NCBI GenBank assembly: GCA_028826165.1 | Contig: JAPDFW010000111.1 | Coordinates: forward strand, 62,001-126,000 | DNA length: 64,000 bases | Direction: 5' to 3' | Source: Anaeramoeba ignava BMAN | Taxonomy: Eukaryota; Protista; Anaeramoebae | In this document: positions 18,240 through 31,119 of the stretch, in pieces | Position numbering within the stretch: the stretch's first letter is position 1 | How the letters are laid out: each line of letters begins with the position of its first letter | Notes under the pieces: generated by a model | What the model was told of the DNA's origin: nothing | The model's database searches: none | What the model saw: the letters and a program-made list of their open reading frames with translations, nothing else | Position numbers and translations under genes: made by a program

Positions 18240-21200
18240 AAAGTGAAAATATCATCATCAAAAATTTTGAATAATGAATTTTTTTCTTCAAAAACTTCTT
18301 CTTCTTTATAAAAATTATCGAAATAATCTTTTCTGATAAATTGTTCATCTTTTTTAATAAATAAAGCTTTTTCTCTATCATAAAAATTCAAATAATAACC
18401 CAAAGAAGTGCTAGTGTTTAATTGATAATAATCATGAGCATCACTCAATTCCATAACTAAAGTGCTAGTAGAAAATTGTTCAATTTCATCAAAATAAAGA
18501 AAACGGACAAATTGGCGAATAGTTTCTGGTTGTTTTCCACTATAATCTTGGACTTGATTCGATTCATCTTTAACAGCCATAAACATTCCTCTAAACAAAT
18601 CACTTCGAATTCCAAGAAGATCTTTATGAACCTTGATTTCTTCTTCTTGGCAAATAATGGTGAAATTTTTGGATTCTTCATCTTCAAAAATTTTTGCCAA
18701 ATCAGAAATAAGTCCTTGTCTTCCAATTTTTCTATTAAAATCAAACCATCCAATTTCTTGTGCAATTTGTTGAATGATTAAACGATCTTCTTCTTTTTCA
18801 ATTATTCCTGAATAAACAAATCCAAGAAATATTTTTGCTTCTTCGATTGTTTTGTCTCGAATTTTAAGAAGAACTTTTTGGACAGAATCTTTTCCAAATC
18901 GTAATTTGAGAATAAAAGAATGGAGTTGAATATTTCCTCCAATTACATGTAAATCAATATCAGTAAATTCTTTTCTTTCAAAATAATTTTTAAAGTCTTC
19001 AGATAAACTATTATATGTTTTGAGCAATTCATTTAAATTTGGATCAAAATTCCTTATTGGATCATGAATTGGATCCTTTTTTTTATTTATAATAAATTTA
19101 TTATTAATTTATAAATTCCATTTTGTTTTGTTTTTTAAATTGAACAAAAAAAATTTATTAACTTGTGCTAATTTTTCATTAAATCCTGTATTTAATAAAA
19201 TTCTAAGTGATTCCCATGCATTTTTTTGAAATAAAACTGTAAGAAGTGAAACCTTTTTCAATATAAAATTACAATTAATTAAAAATTAAAAATTACAAAT
19301 TACATTAAATATTAAATTAAATACTCCCTATTTTTTCAAATCAACAAATTAATTAATTTCTTTTTAAATATTTTATTTATTAATTAAATTGTTTTTTTTT
19401 TTACATCCTAAAATAATTTTTAATTTAAAAATCATAAATTTTTTTTTAATTAACTAAAAATACTTTCACAAAATTACAATTTGCTCCATTAAGAATTAAT
19501 TCTCGAATAATTTCAGGTGGAGAATTAATTGAGCAAGCAAAAAATAAAACCTAAATTTAAAAATTAAGGAAAAAAGTTGATTTTTTTAATAATATATAAT
19601 TACATCCTTAAAAATTAAAAATTAAAAATTAAAATTAAAATTCATTTTAAAATTAAAAATTAAAAAAATTACATTTAAAGATGAAATATTTGCTCCTTCG
19701 GAAATTAAAGTACGAATTAATTCAGGATTTTTAGAATATTCACAAGCAATATATAATGGTGTAAAATTCTATAAATAATTCAATTCAATTCAATTAAATT
19801 CAATTAAATTCAATTAAAAAATAAAAATTTACTTTTGACTAAATTTATAAAAAAATTTATAAAAAAATTTATTAAAAAATTTGTTTTTGTTTTTGTTGTT
19901 TTTGTTATTTCTACATTTTTTAGATTAATATCATATCCAGATTCGACTAATACTTCTATATATTTTGGTGAACTATCATATCCACAAACAATATGAATAG
20001 GAGAATCTCCCTTTTATATTTATATTTATATTTATATTTATTTATTTAAATATTTAAATTTATAAATTAAAAAAAGATTTTTACAATCTATTTTTTATAT
20101 CAAAAATTTTTTTTAGAATAAATCATCTTATTTTTTATATAAGAAAAAACAAATTTTTACAGTCTTTCAAATTCAAATTTTAAATTCAAATTTTAAATTT
20201 TAATTTTAATTTTAAATTCAAATTTTAATTTTAAACTAACATTAATAACAAGATTTGATGAATGATTTAAAATGAGTTTAATTTTTTCTTCATTCTCTTT
20301 CCTCATACATAAAAAATGAAGAGGTGCATTTCGCTAAAAAAATAGAAATAAAATTAATTATTTATATTTTTTTGAAAAAAAAGGAATTATTACATTCTAT
20401 TTTAAAAATTAATTTTCTATAAAATGAAAGAGAAAAAAAAATAATCAAAATATTATTTACAATATCCTAGTTAATAAATTAATTAATAAATTAATAAATA
20501 AAAATATTTCCTTTTTTTTTTTCGGAAATAAATTATTTATAAATTGTTTTACTCCAATTTCACTCATTTCTTTATTAAAAGAAAGTAGAATTTGTAACAC
20601 TCTAATATCTGTTTTTCCTTGTAAACAAGCTAAATGTATTGGTAAAATATTCTTTTCAAAAGAAAAAAAATTTAAAATAATTTTGTTTAGAAATTCTAAT
20701 AAAGAAAAATAATTATTTAATTTTACTTTCTTTTGTATTTTTAAAATATTTTTTTTTGGTGTTAGAATTTTTTAAATCAAAAAAAACATCAATATCAATA
20801 CATTCTATTTTATTTTTGGAAAATTATTTATTTATAATTTAATTTTTAATTTTTAAATTTAAATTTACATCAAAATTCATAGGATTTTCTCCATATTTAA
20901 TTAATTCATTAATAATTTCTGGATTTTGTTTAGAGTAACAAGCATAATGCAAAGGTGTTCTATCTTTATTATTCTAAAAAAAAAATAAAATAAATCAATT
21001 TATTATCAAATAAATTATTCCATTTTTATACTCTTTGATTTTTTAATGGATTAAATTTTAAAAGTTCTTTCAATGAATCCAATCTAATTCCATATTTCAT
21101 AGCTAAATGTAATGGGGTTTCATTCTAAATTAATCATAAATAACTATTTAAAAAAAATTTATTGTTTTAAATTTTAAAATTTTACTTCCTTCATTTTCAA

Positions 21201-24200
21201 TAAAAATATTAAATAATAATAATAATAACAATAAAATAAATTTAATTATTTCTTCTTACATTCTTTTTATTTTAAATATTTTTATTTTAAATATTTTTCT
21301 TTTTCTTTTCAAAATATAATTACATTTTTTGAATCTACTGGAATATAATTTGCAATTTTTGATATTGAACTTGGATTTGGATTACTTTTACAAACTAAAT
21401 GAAGACATGTTTCTGAATTCTTTTTTTTTGTTAAAGAAAAAAAAATAATTTAATTTAATTTAATTTAAAATGAGTAAATTCCGAAAATTCATTCCAAAAA
21501 AAAAAAATTTTTTTTTACTAATAAATCTTTAATTTTTGCTCCTTGTGAAATTAGAAATTCTAATATATCAGAATTTGTTTGATTTAAACATAATAAATGA
21601 AGTGGTGTTTGATTCTAAAATTGAAAAAATTTAAAATCAATTTTGTTTTCTAAATGGAAGTAATTTTTTTATTACATTCTTTTTTATCAATTAAAATAAT
21701 TATAATTCCAAAAAAAAAAATAATCAATAATTTTAATTTTATTTACAATCTAAATCCAAAAATATTTTTGTTTTAAAATTTTTATTTGAAAAATTAATTT
21801 CAAAAATCTCGTTTTACATTTTTAATATGAACTCTTGCTCCTTGTTTTATAAGTCTTTCAAAATATTCTTTTGGAAATGAATTCCAACTCAAATAATGTA
21901 ATGGTGTATTTCCCTATTAATTTAAAAAAGAAAAGAAATGATTTTAATTTTAATTTTAATTTCAATTTTAATTTTAAATAATTTACATTCTAATATTTCT
22001 CTTTTAAATGAATATTATTCTAACAAAAATTATTTAATAATCAATTTTACTTTCTATTAAAAGGAAAAAAAGTTATTTTGAATTTATTTTTATAAAAGGA
22101 AAATTTATTTACATCTATTGGAGATGGTTTTGCTCCTTTTGATAATAATAAATTGATACTTTCTAATCCAATTTTTTGATTTTGACATGCAAAATGAAGA
22201 GGAGTAAGTCCCTAAAAAAAAAACAATATAATTTCAAACTTAAAAATTTATTTTCTCATTTTTTATTTTTTACATTCTAAATTTTTTTTTTTAAAAATAA
22301 CTTTCAATTCTCAAAAATTAAAAATATAAATTTATATACAATCTATTTTATAAAATTTTTTTTTTAAAATTTAATCTTTTCAAAAATATAAAATTATAAA
22401 ATTATACAGTTTCACAATTTGGATCAGAAGAAAAATTTAATAAAGTATTAAGAATTTTAGTTTGTGAATGTTTTAAGCAAGCAATATGAAGAGGTCCAAA
22501 TTTCTAATATTTTTTAATTTTATATTTAATTTAATTTAATTTAATTTAATTTAATTTTTTGAATAAATAGAAATAATCCTCACTTTCTAAAAAAAAAACA
22601 ACAACCAAAAAATTTTTAAAATTAAAAATAAATAGAGAATAGATTATAGAATAATTTACTTTCTTTATTATTTTTTGATACAAATTAAAATTATTAAAAT
22701 GAAATTGTTTTTGTTTTTGAATTCAAATACAGTTGTAATTCTATAATTTGCTCCTTTTTGAAAAAATAATTCAATAACATCTTCAGGATAATCATTATAA
22801 ATTGCATAATGAAAAGGAGTTTCATTCTTAATTTAGAAATAAAGATTAATTAAAAATAAGAAATGAATCAAAATCTTAAAATTTATTTTACACTCTTTTT
22901 TTTTGATTATCAAAATAAAACATTTTTGTTTAAAATATTGTTTAAATAATGAATACAAACTATAGTTTATTTTTAAATTATTTTAAAAATGTATATAAAT
23001 ATAAAATAAACAATTTTAAATGAAATAATAATTTTGATACATTCGTAGCATTAGGATTTGCATTATTATTTAACAGGAATTTAATAGTTTCTGGTAATAA
23101 TTTTTTCAAACAAGCATAATGTAATGGAGAAAAACCCTAAATTAATTTTTTTCACCAAAAATAATTGATTATTAAATTCTCTAAAAAACAAAGGGAAAAT
23201 TATTTATTTCTTTTTTTATTTCAATTACATTCTTTATAAAAGAAAATATTCAAATTAAAATTGTGAATTTTCTTCTACAAAAGATGAATATAAATATAAA
23301 TCTTACGTTCTAAATAATAAATATCATAATAAATATCAAAATGAAGAAATGATAAAATTTACATCAAAATCATTAATTTTAGCACCTAAAGAAATTAATT
23401 TTTTAATAATTTCAAGATTATCAATATTATTGGATTCACAAATGAAATGTAAAGGTCTTTTTCCCTATTATAATATTTGAATATATTTAATAAAAAGGAT
23501 AAAAATGAGAAATTATTTACTTTCTATATTTATTTTTTCCCAATTAAATATTAATTAAAAAAAGTGTTTTGTTTTGTTTTGTTTTTATTGAAATAATTTT
23601 GTACAATATTAATATTTGGATTTGCACCGAAATCTAATAAATTAATTGCATTTGATTGATCCCATAATTTTTCATTAACGTTTTGAATCAAAAGAGAAAA
23701 TAATCCATTTTTCTATAAATATAAATATAAATATAAATTAATTGAAAATAAAAACAGAAATATTTTACATTCTTTTTAATTAAAAAATATTTAATAAATT
23801 TCTTAATAATTCTTAAAAAAAAATAAGAAAAAAAATAACACAATTACTCCCTGAAAATTAATATAAAATAATAATGATAATAATAAAAATAAAAATAAAA
23901 AATTCTTTCTTTTCAAATTACAAATTGTCGATCTAATTCAAATTTAGAAAGTAATAAAAAAGTAGTTTTTGGATCATTTTTTTCAAGAATATAATAAAGT
24001 GGTGTATGATTCTAAAATCAAAATAAAATAAGTATTATTCAAAATTAAAAAAAAAAAGACAAAATTTACAAACTATAAATTATCATTTTTTTTAAAATTA
24101 ATAAATATTAAATTTCTTTCTAATTATTTTTAAAGAGAAAAAATTAAATCAACTTTCTATTTAAATTTAATTTTTCCAAAAGAAAAACAAAGACAATTAT

Positions 24201-27200
24201 TAATAAACTATCCTTTTTCTTTTTAAAACAAAAATAAGAATAATAAATTTACATTTTTCAGATTAACATCAGATTCTTTTTCTAATAACAATTTTATTAA
24301 TTCAAATTCTGGATAAAATTTGCATGCATAATGTAACGGTGTCCATTTCTAATAAAATTATAATTTAAAATTTGTTTATTTTTTTTTTATTTCTCTTTCA
24401 AAAAAAAAATGAAAATGAAAATGAATCAAAAATACTTTCTAAAATTATCAAAAACAAACAAATTTCAATATATATAAATCATTAGTTAAATAAAAGTTTA
24501 TTTTACATTCTATATATAAATCCAAAAAGAATATAAAATTAAATAAAATTTTTATCAATTAATGAAACTTATTACATCAATTTCATTAATTGAAGATCCT
24601 GATTCTAAAAGAAATTTAATAGATTCTAAATTTAATTTCTTCCAACAAGCAATATGAAGAGGTGTATGTCCCTTTATTAAATTTAAATTTTTAAATATAT
24701 AAATATATAAATTTAATTTTATGAATTTTGATGTTACATCCTTTTTTGTTTTTTTTTTGTTTAAATTTTAGTAAATTAAAAAACAAAAGAAATAAATTCA
24801 AAAATTAAAAATTTTACTTTCTAAAAAAAAAGAAAATTTATATTTAATAATTAAAATAAAAATTAAAATTAAAATATTCTTCTTTTAAATTAATTTATAA
24901 TTAATTTACATTTTTTGAATTAATTTTTGATCCATTTTGAATAAGTAATTTCAAAATTGAAAGCTCTGTTTTATTTTTTGCTGCTATATGTAATAATGAA
25001 TTTTTCTAAAAATATAAACAAAACAAATTTTTTGTTTTTCAAAATTATTATTCTAAATTTATAAATAAAAAATTTTTACAGTCTTCATTTAAAAAAGAAA
25101 AGAAAAGAAAAAATTGGAGTTTAAATGATAATTATTTTTAATAAAGATGAACAAAAATACTTTCTAAATATAGAATAAATATTTTCCTTTTTTTTTTTTT
25201 CAAAAATAAAACATAAATAAAATACATTTAATATATTAAGATCTGCTCCATTTTGAATCAAACATTTAATAACATCAAAACTACATTTTTTTTTAATTGC
25301 AATAAAGATTGGTGTTTCTCCCTAAAATATTTTCAATATATTAATTAATATCAAAAAAAAAGCAAAAAAATAAAATGATTGAAAATATTGTTTTATTCTT
25401 ACAAACTATTTTTTAAAGAAAATGAATTAATTTTATTTCTAAAAGGAAAAAGTGGAACAACAAATTTACTTTCTAAAAAGAAAAAATAATTAATAAAAAA
25501 TTTTTGTTTTGATAAATGAAAATATTTACATCAATCAAATTAATTGTTTCTTTATCAATTAGAACACTTATTTCCAGAAAACTTAAACGAAAAGAAACTG
25601 CAATATGAAGAGGAACTTGATTCTATAAAAATTAATTATAAAATTCAATAATCAACATTTATAACATTTTATCTTTCATTTTTAATATTTACATCCTTTA
25701 AAATAATAGCATCAATGGAAAATATGAATAATAAATATTTTTTTTTTTATTCTTTAATAAATTTAATTTTGAATTACTTTCTATATTTTTTTTTTGAATA
25801 AAATGTAAAAATATTTGAAATATTAAATTTTAAATACATTTAAAGAATGAATATCAGCTCCTTTGTTTATTAAAAGATTAATGATTTGTGATGAAGATCT
25901 TTTTTTACAAGCTAAATGAAGCGGAGTGTTTAACTTTTTTTCAAAAATAAATTATAAATTTTCTACTTCAAAAAAAATATTAATTTGATTCAAATTACTT
26001 TCTATAAATAAACAAATAAATTAATAATTTTTCATATTAAATGAAAAAAGAAAATGTTAAATACATTCTAAATTAAAAATTAAAAATTAAAAATTAAAAA
26101 TAAATTAAAAATTAAAAATAAATTAAAAATTAAAAATTAAATTAAAAAAGCAACATTTTGTTCATTAATTTTAGCACCAGCTTCAATAATCTTCTCAATG
26201 AAAATATAATCATTTTTATGTTCACAAGCAATATGTAAAGGAGTATCTCCCTTTAAAATACAAATATTGGGAATTAATACAAGAAAATTTATTTTATTTT
26301 CTTTTTTACATCCTTTTTGAAAAATGATTAAAATTAAACTTAAGCAATTTTAAATTTCTAAAATTACTTTCTAAAAAAAGGTTTATTTTATTTTGTTTTT
26401 TTGAGGGAAATTTTCAATTTAATAATAAAATAATAATAAAAATATAAATTTCATTTTTAATTTACATTTTTCAAATTAACATCTGCTTTTTCTGAAAGTA
26501 GAAGATCTAAAACTGAAATTGGAACCCAATTTTTACAAATTAAATGTAAAGGAGTATCTTTCTATAACATAAAAATAAAAATCAATCCAAATGTTTAAAG
26601 ATAATAATTTTAATCTTTCTTTCTTTCTTTCTTAAATAAAAATTTAAAAATTTACTTCCTAAATTTTTGGATTTTTGATAAATTTTGAATTAAAAAAAAT
26701 TGATAATAATTATTTACGTTCTAAATTATATATTTTTTTTAATAAATTTTAAATAAATTTTAAATATTTTCATTTACATTCGTTGTATTAACAAGAGCAC
26801 CTGCATTAATTAAAAGTTGAATAACTTCAAAATCTTGTTGAAATGAACAAGCAATATGAAGAGGAGTAAAATTCTTTTAAAAGAAAAAAAAGGTAAAATA
26901 AAATTATTTTTATCAAGAAAATTATTTACATTCTTTATATTAATTTTAATATTAATATTAATTTTAATTTTAATTTTAATTTTAATTTTAATATTAATTT
27001 TAATATTAATTTTAATTTTAATTTTAATTTTAATATTAATTTTAATTTTAATTTTAATATTAATTTTAATTTTAATTTTAATTTTAATATTAATTTTAAT
27101 TTTAATTTTAATTTTTTACAAACTTTTTTTTATTTTTAAATTTAAATAAATAAAATAGATAAATTAAAAAATTAAATTTACATCCTTTTTTAAAACAAAA

Positions 27201-27431
27201 ATAATAAGAAATTTAAATTGAAATTGTTTAAAAAAAAATAAATATTACAATCTAAAAAAAAAAAAGAAAAAAAACCAAAATTTATTTTTATTTTAATTTT
27301 TATTTTTATTTTTATTTTTTTGAAATTATTATTTTTTGAATTACAAAATGTTGATGAGCATTTTCTCCTTGTTGAATTAATTTAGTAATTGTTTCAAAAT
27401 CTCCATTCATAAGTGATTGAAAAAAAGACAT
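18236..27431 (-). CDS. Ankyrin-repeat (~27 repeats) plus tandem BTB protein, about 78 exons including about 49 microexons of 3-6 nt
   Basis: ATG at 27431 (exon 27345-27431, MSFFQSLMNGDFETITKLIQQGENAHQHF). About 27 repeat exons, mostly 96 nt (e.g. 26778-26873 NFTPLHIACSFQQDFEVIQLLINAGALVNTTN; 26466-26561; 26155-26250), separated by AG-NNN-GT exons. Last exon 18236-19075 encodes two BTB-like domains (FTDIDLH...LHSFILKLR; KNFTIIC...KVHKDLLGIRSDLFRGMF). All introns are phase 0. Confidence 0.9.
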
Positions 27432-27500
27432 TATTGTTTTTTAAAAAAAAAAAAGGAAATTGAAAAATAAAAAAATGAAAAAAAAATTTTGCCATTTCTT

Positions 27501-29817
27501 TCAATTTTTTTCCAAATACAAATTTTTAATAAAAAGAAGAAAAGCTTGAGAGGAAACATCAAGTAAAATTTTGCGAAATCTTTTTTGAGAACGATGAAGT
27601 TTTTTCATTTTTTTAAGTAATAGATCAGTTTTTTGAAAAGAAGAAATATTTTTAGTATGTTTAAGTGAAATTTTTTCAGCTTTAATTTGAAGAATTCTTT
27701 TAGTTTCTAGTCTCATTTCCAACCAAACTAATAATATTTTAACTTGATTTATATTTTGGATTTGAGAATTTGAATCAAAAGAAGAAGTGATATTTTTAAG
27801 AACAAGTGATTTTGAGAATTGATTAAAAATTGAGTCATTAATGATTGAAGTAAATGATTCAATTCCACAAGCAAGATTGATTGATGTGTTTAGAGCTGTC
27901 AATATTATATCAAAATAATCTAAAAGCCATTCCTTTTCAAATTTTTTGTTTTTTTTTGAACCGAATTTTTGGATTGTTTTATTTTTGAGAAATAATTTCA
28001 AGGAATCATCAAAAATCGAAAAATTATAATCTGCATAAAATAAATGTGATTCAGTAATCTTCAATTTGGGTAATTCAGATTCGGGAATATTTTTAATTCC
28101 ATTTTTTTGTAAATTTTCTTGTAATTGAAAATTTGCAAAAAATGAAATTTGTTTGAATTCATTGATCCATTCAATTATTTGTTGTGGTGAAATTATCGGC
28201 ATCGAATTCAATATCATTATTTCATATTCTATTTTGTTTGAATGAAGATCATTTTTCATTTGGTTTGTTTCTTCAATTATCATTTGATTTTTTTCTTCTG
28301 TTATTGTTTGATTTTCTTGAGGAAATAAAGGAGAAATATTTTGATTATTTTGATTTTTTGATTTTGTTCGTTTTCTTTTGATTTTTTGATTTTCATTTTC
28401 ATTTTCATTTTGATTTTCATTTTCATTTTCATTTTGATTTTGATTTTCATTTTCATTTTCATTTTGATTTTCATTTTCATTTTGATTTTCATTTTGATTT
28501 TGATTTTGATTTTGATTTTCATTTTCATTTTGATTTTGATTTTGATTTTGATTTTGATTTTGATTTTGATTTTGATTTTGATTTTGATTTTGATTTTGAT
28601 TTTGATTTTGATTTTGAATTTGATTTTGATTTTGATTTTGATTTTGATTTTGATTTTGATTTTAATTTTGATTTTGATTTTGATTTTGATTTTGATTTTG
28701 ATTTTGATTTGGTTTTGGTTTTGATTTTGATTTTCCTTTTTCTTCATTTTCACTTTTTACTAGGCCAAGTGCAGAAGAAAATAATTCTTTTCTTTTTTGA
28801 TAATATAAATTTTTTACTTGAGTTGTACTTTTAGATCCTCCTAATAAAATTGCGACTTGATCCCAATTTCTACCGAAAGCAAGAACAAATTCATGAAATA
28901 GAATAATTTCTTCATCTCGCCAAATTAATTGATCAAAATGTTTAATTTGATCATCTTGCATTGCAAATCTTTTCTTTTTTCTTTGTTTGTTTTCAAATAT
29001 TCTTGGTTTATTTGTTGATTCATTTATCATTTTAGCTTTAATTTTTGGATCACGTGGTATTTTTGATCTTTCTTTTAATGATTTCCAAAAATTACTTAAC
29101 GCTTTGAGACCAAATTTAATATTTGGTTGAAGAAAAATAATTTTTTTATCTGTAGTTGATTTTTTGGGATTTTTTGGATTTCTTGGATTTTTTGGAGTTT
29201 TTGGAGTTTTTGGAGTTTTTGGAGTTTTTGGATTTTTTGGAGTTTTTGGATTTTTTGGATTTTTTGGAGTTTTTGGAGTTTTTGGAGTTTTTGGATTTCT
29301 TATTCTTTCCTTTTTCGGTTTTTTTTCTTTTGGTTCTTTTTTTCCTTTTTTTTTTGTTTTTTCATCAACTTGATCGAATTTGATTAGATTTTGTCGATTT
29401 TCAATTTTTCCTGTTTGTAAATTTATTAATACTAAACCTTTTTCATAAAATTGAAAGAATTCTTGAGTTGAATCTTGATTAAAATGTTTTTCTATTTGTG
29501 GTAATTCATGAAAAGGAGGTAAAATTATTTTGGAAGAAATTTTTGATAAACTTGATTTTTTAGTGTGTAAAAAAGAATGATCAAATTTAATTGGTTTTCC
29601 TGTTTTGAAAGCATTCCAAAGATCGATCTTGATAAAAGCATTAAATTGATTTGTTTTTTTCTTTTGTTTTTGTGTTTTTTTTAGATTGAAGACTTTTTGA
29701 TTTGCTTTTTTTGATTTTTGTTCAAATATTTTAAGGAAAATTTCTCTTTCAAATTTTTCATTTTTGAGACGAGATTTCATTTCTTTCTGGTTTATTTGTT
29801 CAATTTCTTCTTCTCTG
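27501..29817 (-). CDS. SANT/Myb-domain protein (5' end unresolved)
   Basis: WRDEEIILFHEFVLAFGRNWDQVAILLGGSKSTTQVKNLYY is a SANT domain; PKT/PKN repeats are present. ORFs 28662-29780 and 27501-28283 are in the same frame, separated by a TAA in a CAA-AAT tract. Confidence 0.7.
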
Positions 29818-31119
29818 TTTAATTTATTTATAAAATTATTTATAAAATTATTTATAAAATTATTAATAAAATTATTTATAAAATTATTAATAAAATTATT
29901 TATAAAATTATTTATAAAATTATTTATTTAAAATTATTTATAAAATTATTTATAAAATTATTTATAAATTATTTATTAAATTATTTATAAAATTATTTAT
30001 TAAAATTATTTATAAAATTATTTATAAAATTATTTATAAAATTATTTATAAAATTATTTATTAAATTATTTATTAAATTATTTATTAATAAAATTATTTA
30101 GATTTAAATGAATTAAAATTACAAAGTTAAAGGATTATTTTAAAAAATTAAAAATTATTTGTTGAATCTTGATTATAAAAATTATTTATTAAATTATTAA
30201 TAATTATCAATATATAAAATTATTTATTAAATTATTTTCAATATCAATATTAAAATTCATTTATCAATTTATAAATATTTATTAAATTATCATTATCATT
30301 TATTTCATTATTATTCATTAATAAATTTTTCATTTTCATGAATTAAAATTTTAAAGGATTATTTTATCATTTGTTCATTATCATTTATCATTATCAATTA
30401 TCATTATCATTATCATTTATCATTATCATTATTATCATTATCATTTTATCATTATCATTATCATTTTCATTATCATTATCATTATCATTATCATTATCAT
30501 TATCATTATCATTATCATTATCATTATCATTATCATTATCATTATCATTATCATTATCATTATCATTATCAATATCATTATCATTATCATTATCATTATC
30601 ATTATCATTATCATTATCATTATCATTTTCATTATCAATATCATTATCATTATCAATAATATTTGAAAAATTTTTAATATTATTCTCTATTAATTCTAAT
30701 TTGATAGATTTTAAAAAGAAAAGAAAAGAAAAGAAAAAAAAATTTATAATTAAATTAAATAAGGAACGTTAAATTTTAAATTGTTTTTTTTTTTTAATTT
30801 TGTTATTTTTTAATTTTAATAGATAAAATAATTAAATTAATAAATAAATATTATTAAATTTTCTTATTATTTTTTTTTAAAAAAAGAAATAAAAAAAAGT
30901 TGTTTTTTACTTTCATTTTTTAAAGTTTCTTTATCATTTAAATTTGTATTTAAGTTATCATTTGAGTTTTTTAAAGGAATTAAAACATTTTCTTTTATTG
31001 GATTTGTCATTTAAAAAAAAAAATAAGAAAAAAAAAATAATAAAAAATAAAAATGAGAAAAATAAAAAAATAAAAAATTAAATTTAAATTTTTTTTTCAT
31101 TTTTTTCATTTTTAAAATT

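Noticed and set aside
24209-24212. Extra 4-nt AG-GATA-GT microexon in the ankyrin gene
   Set aside because: It would break frame and leave a ~40-nt intron, and the two neighbouring 3-nt exons already complete the hairpin.
28662-28664. In-frame TAA in the SANT gene as evidence for TAA=Gln recoding
   Set aside because: It is a single C-to-T change in a CAA-AAT tract, and many genes here end in TAA. Most likely an error or point mutation.
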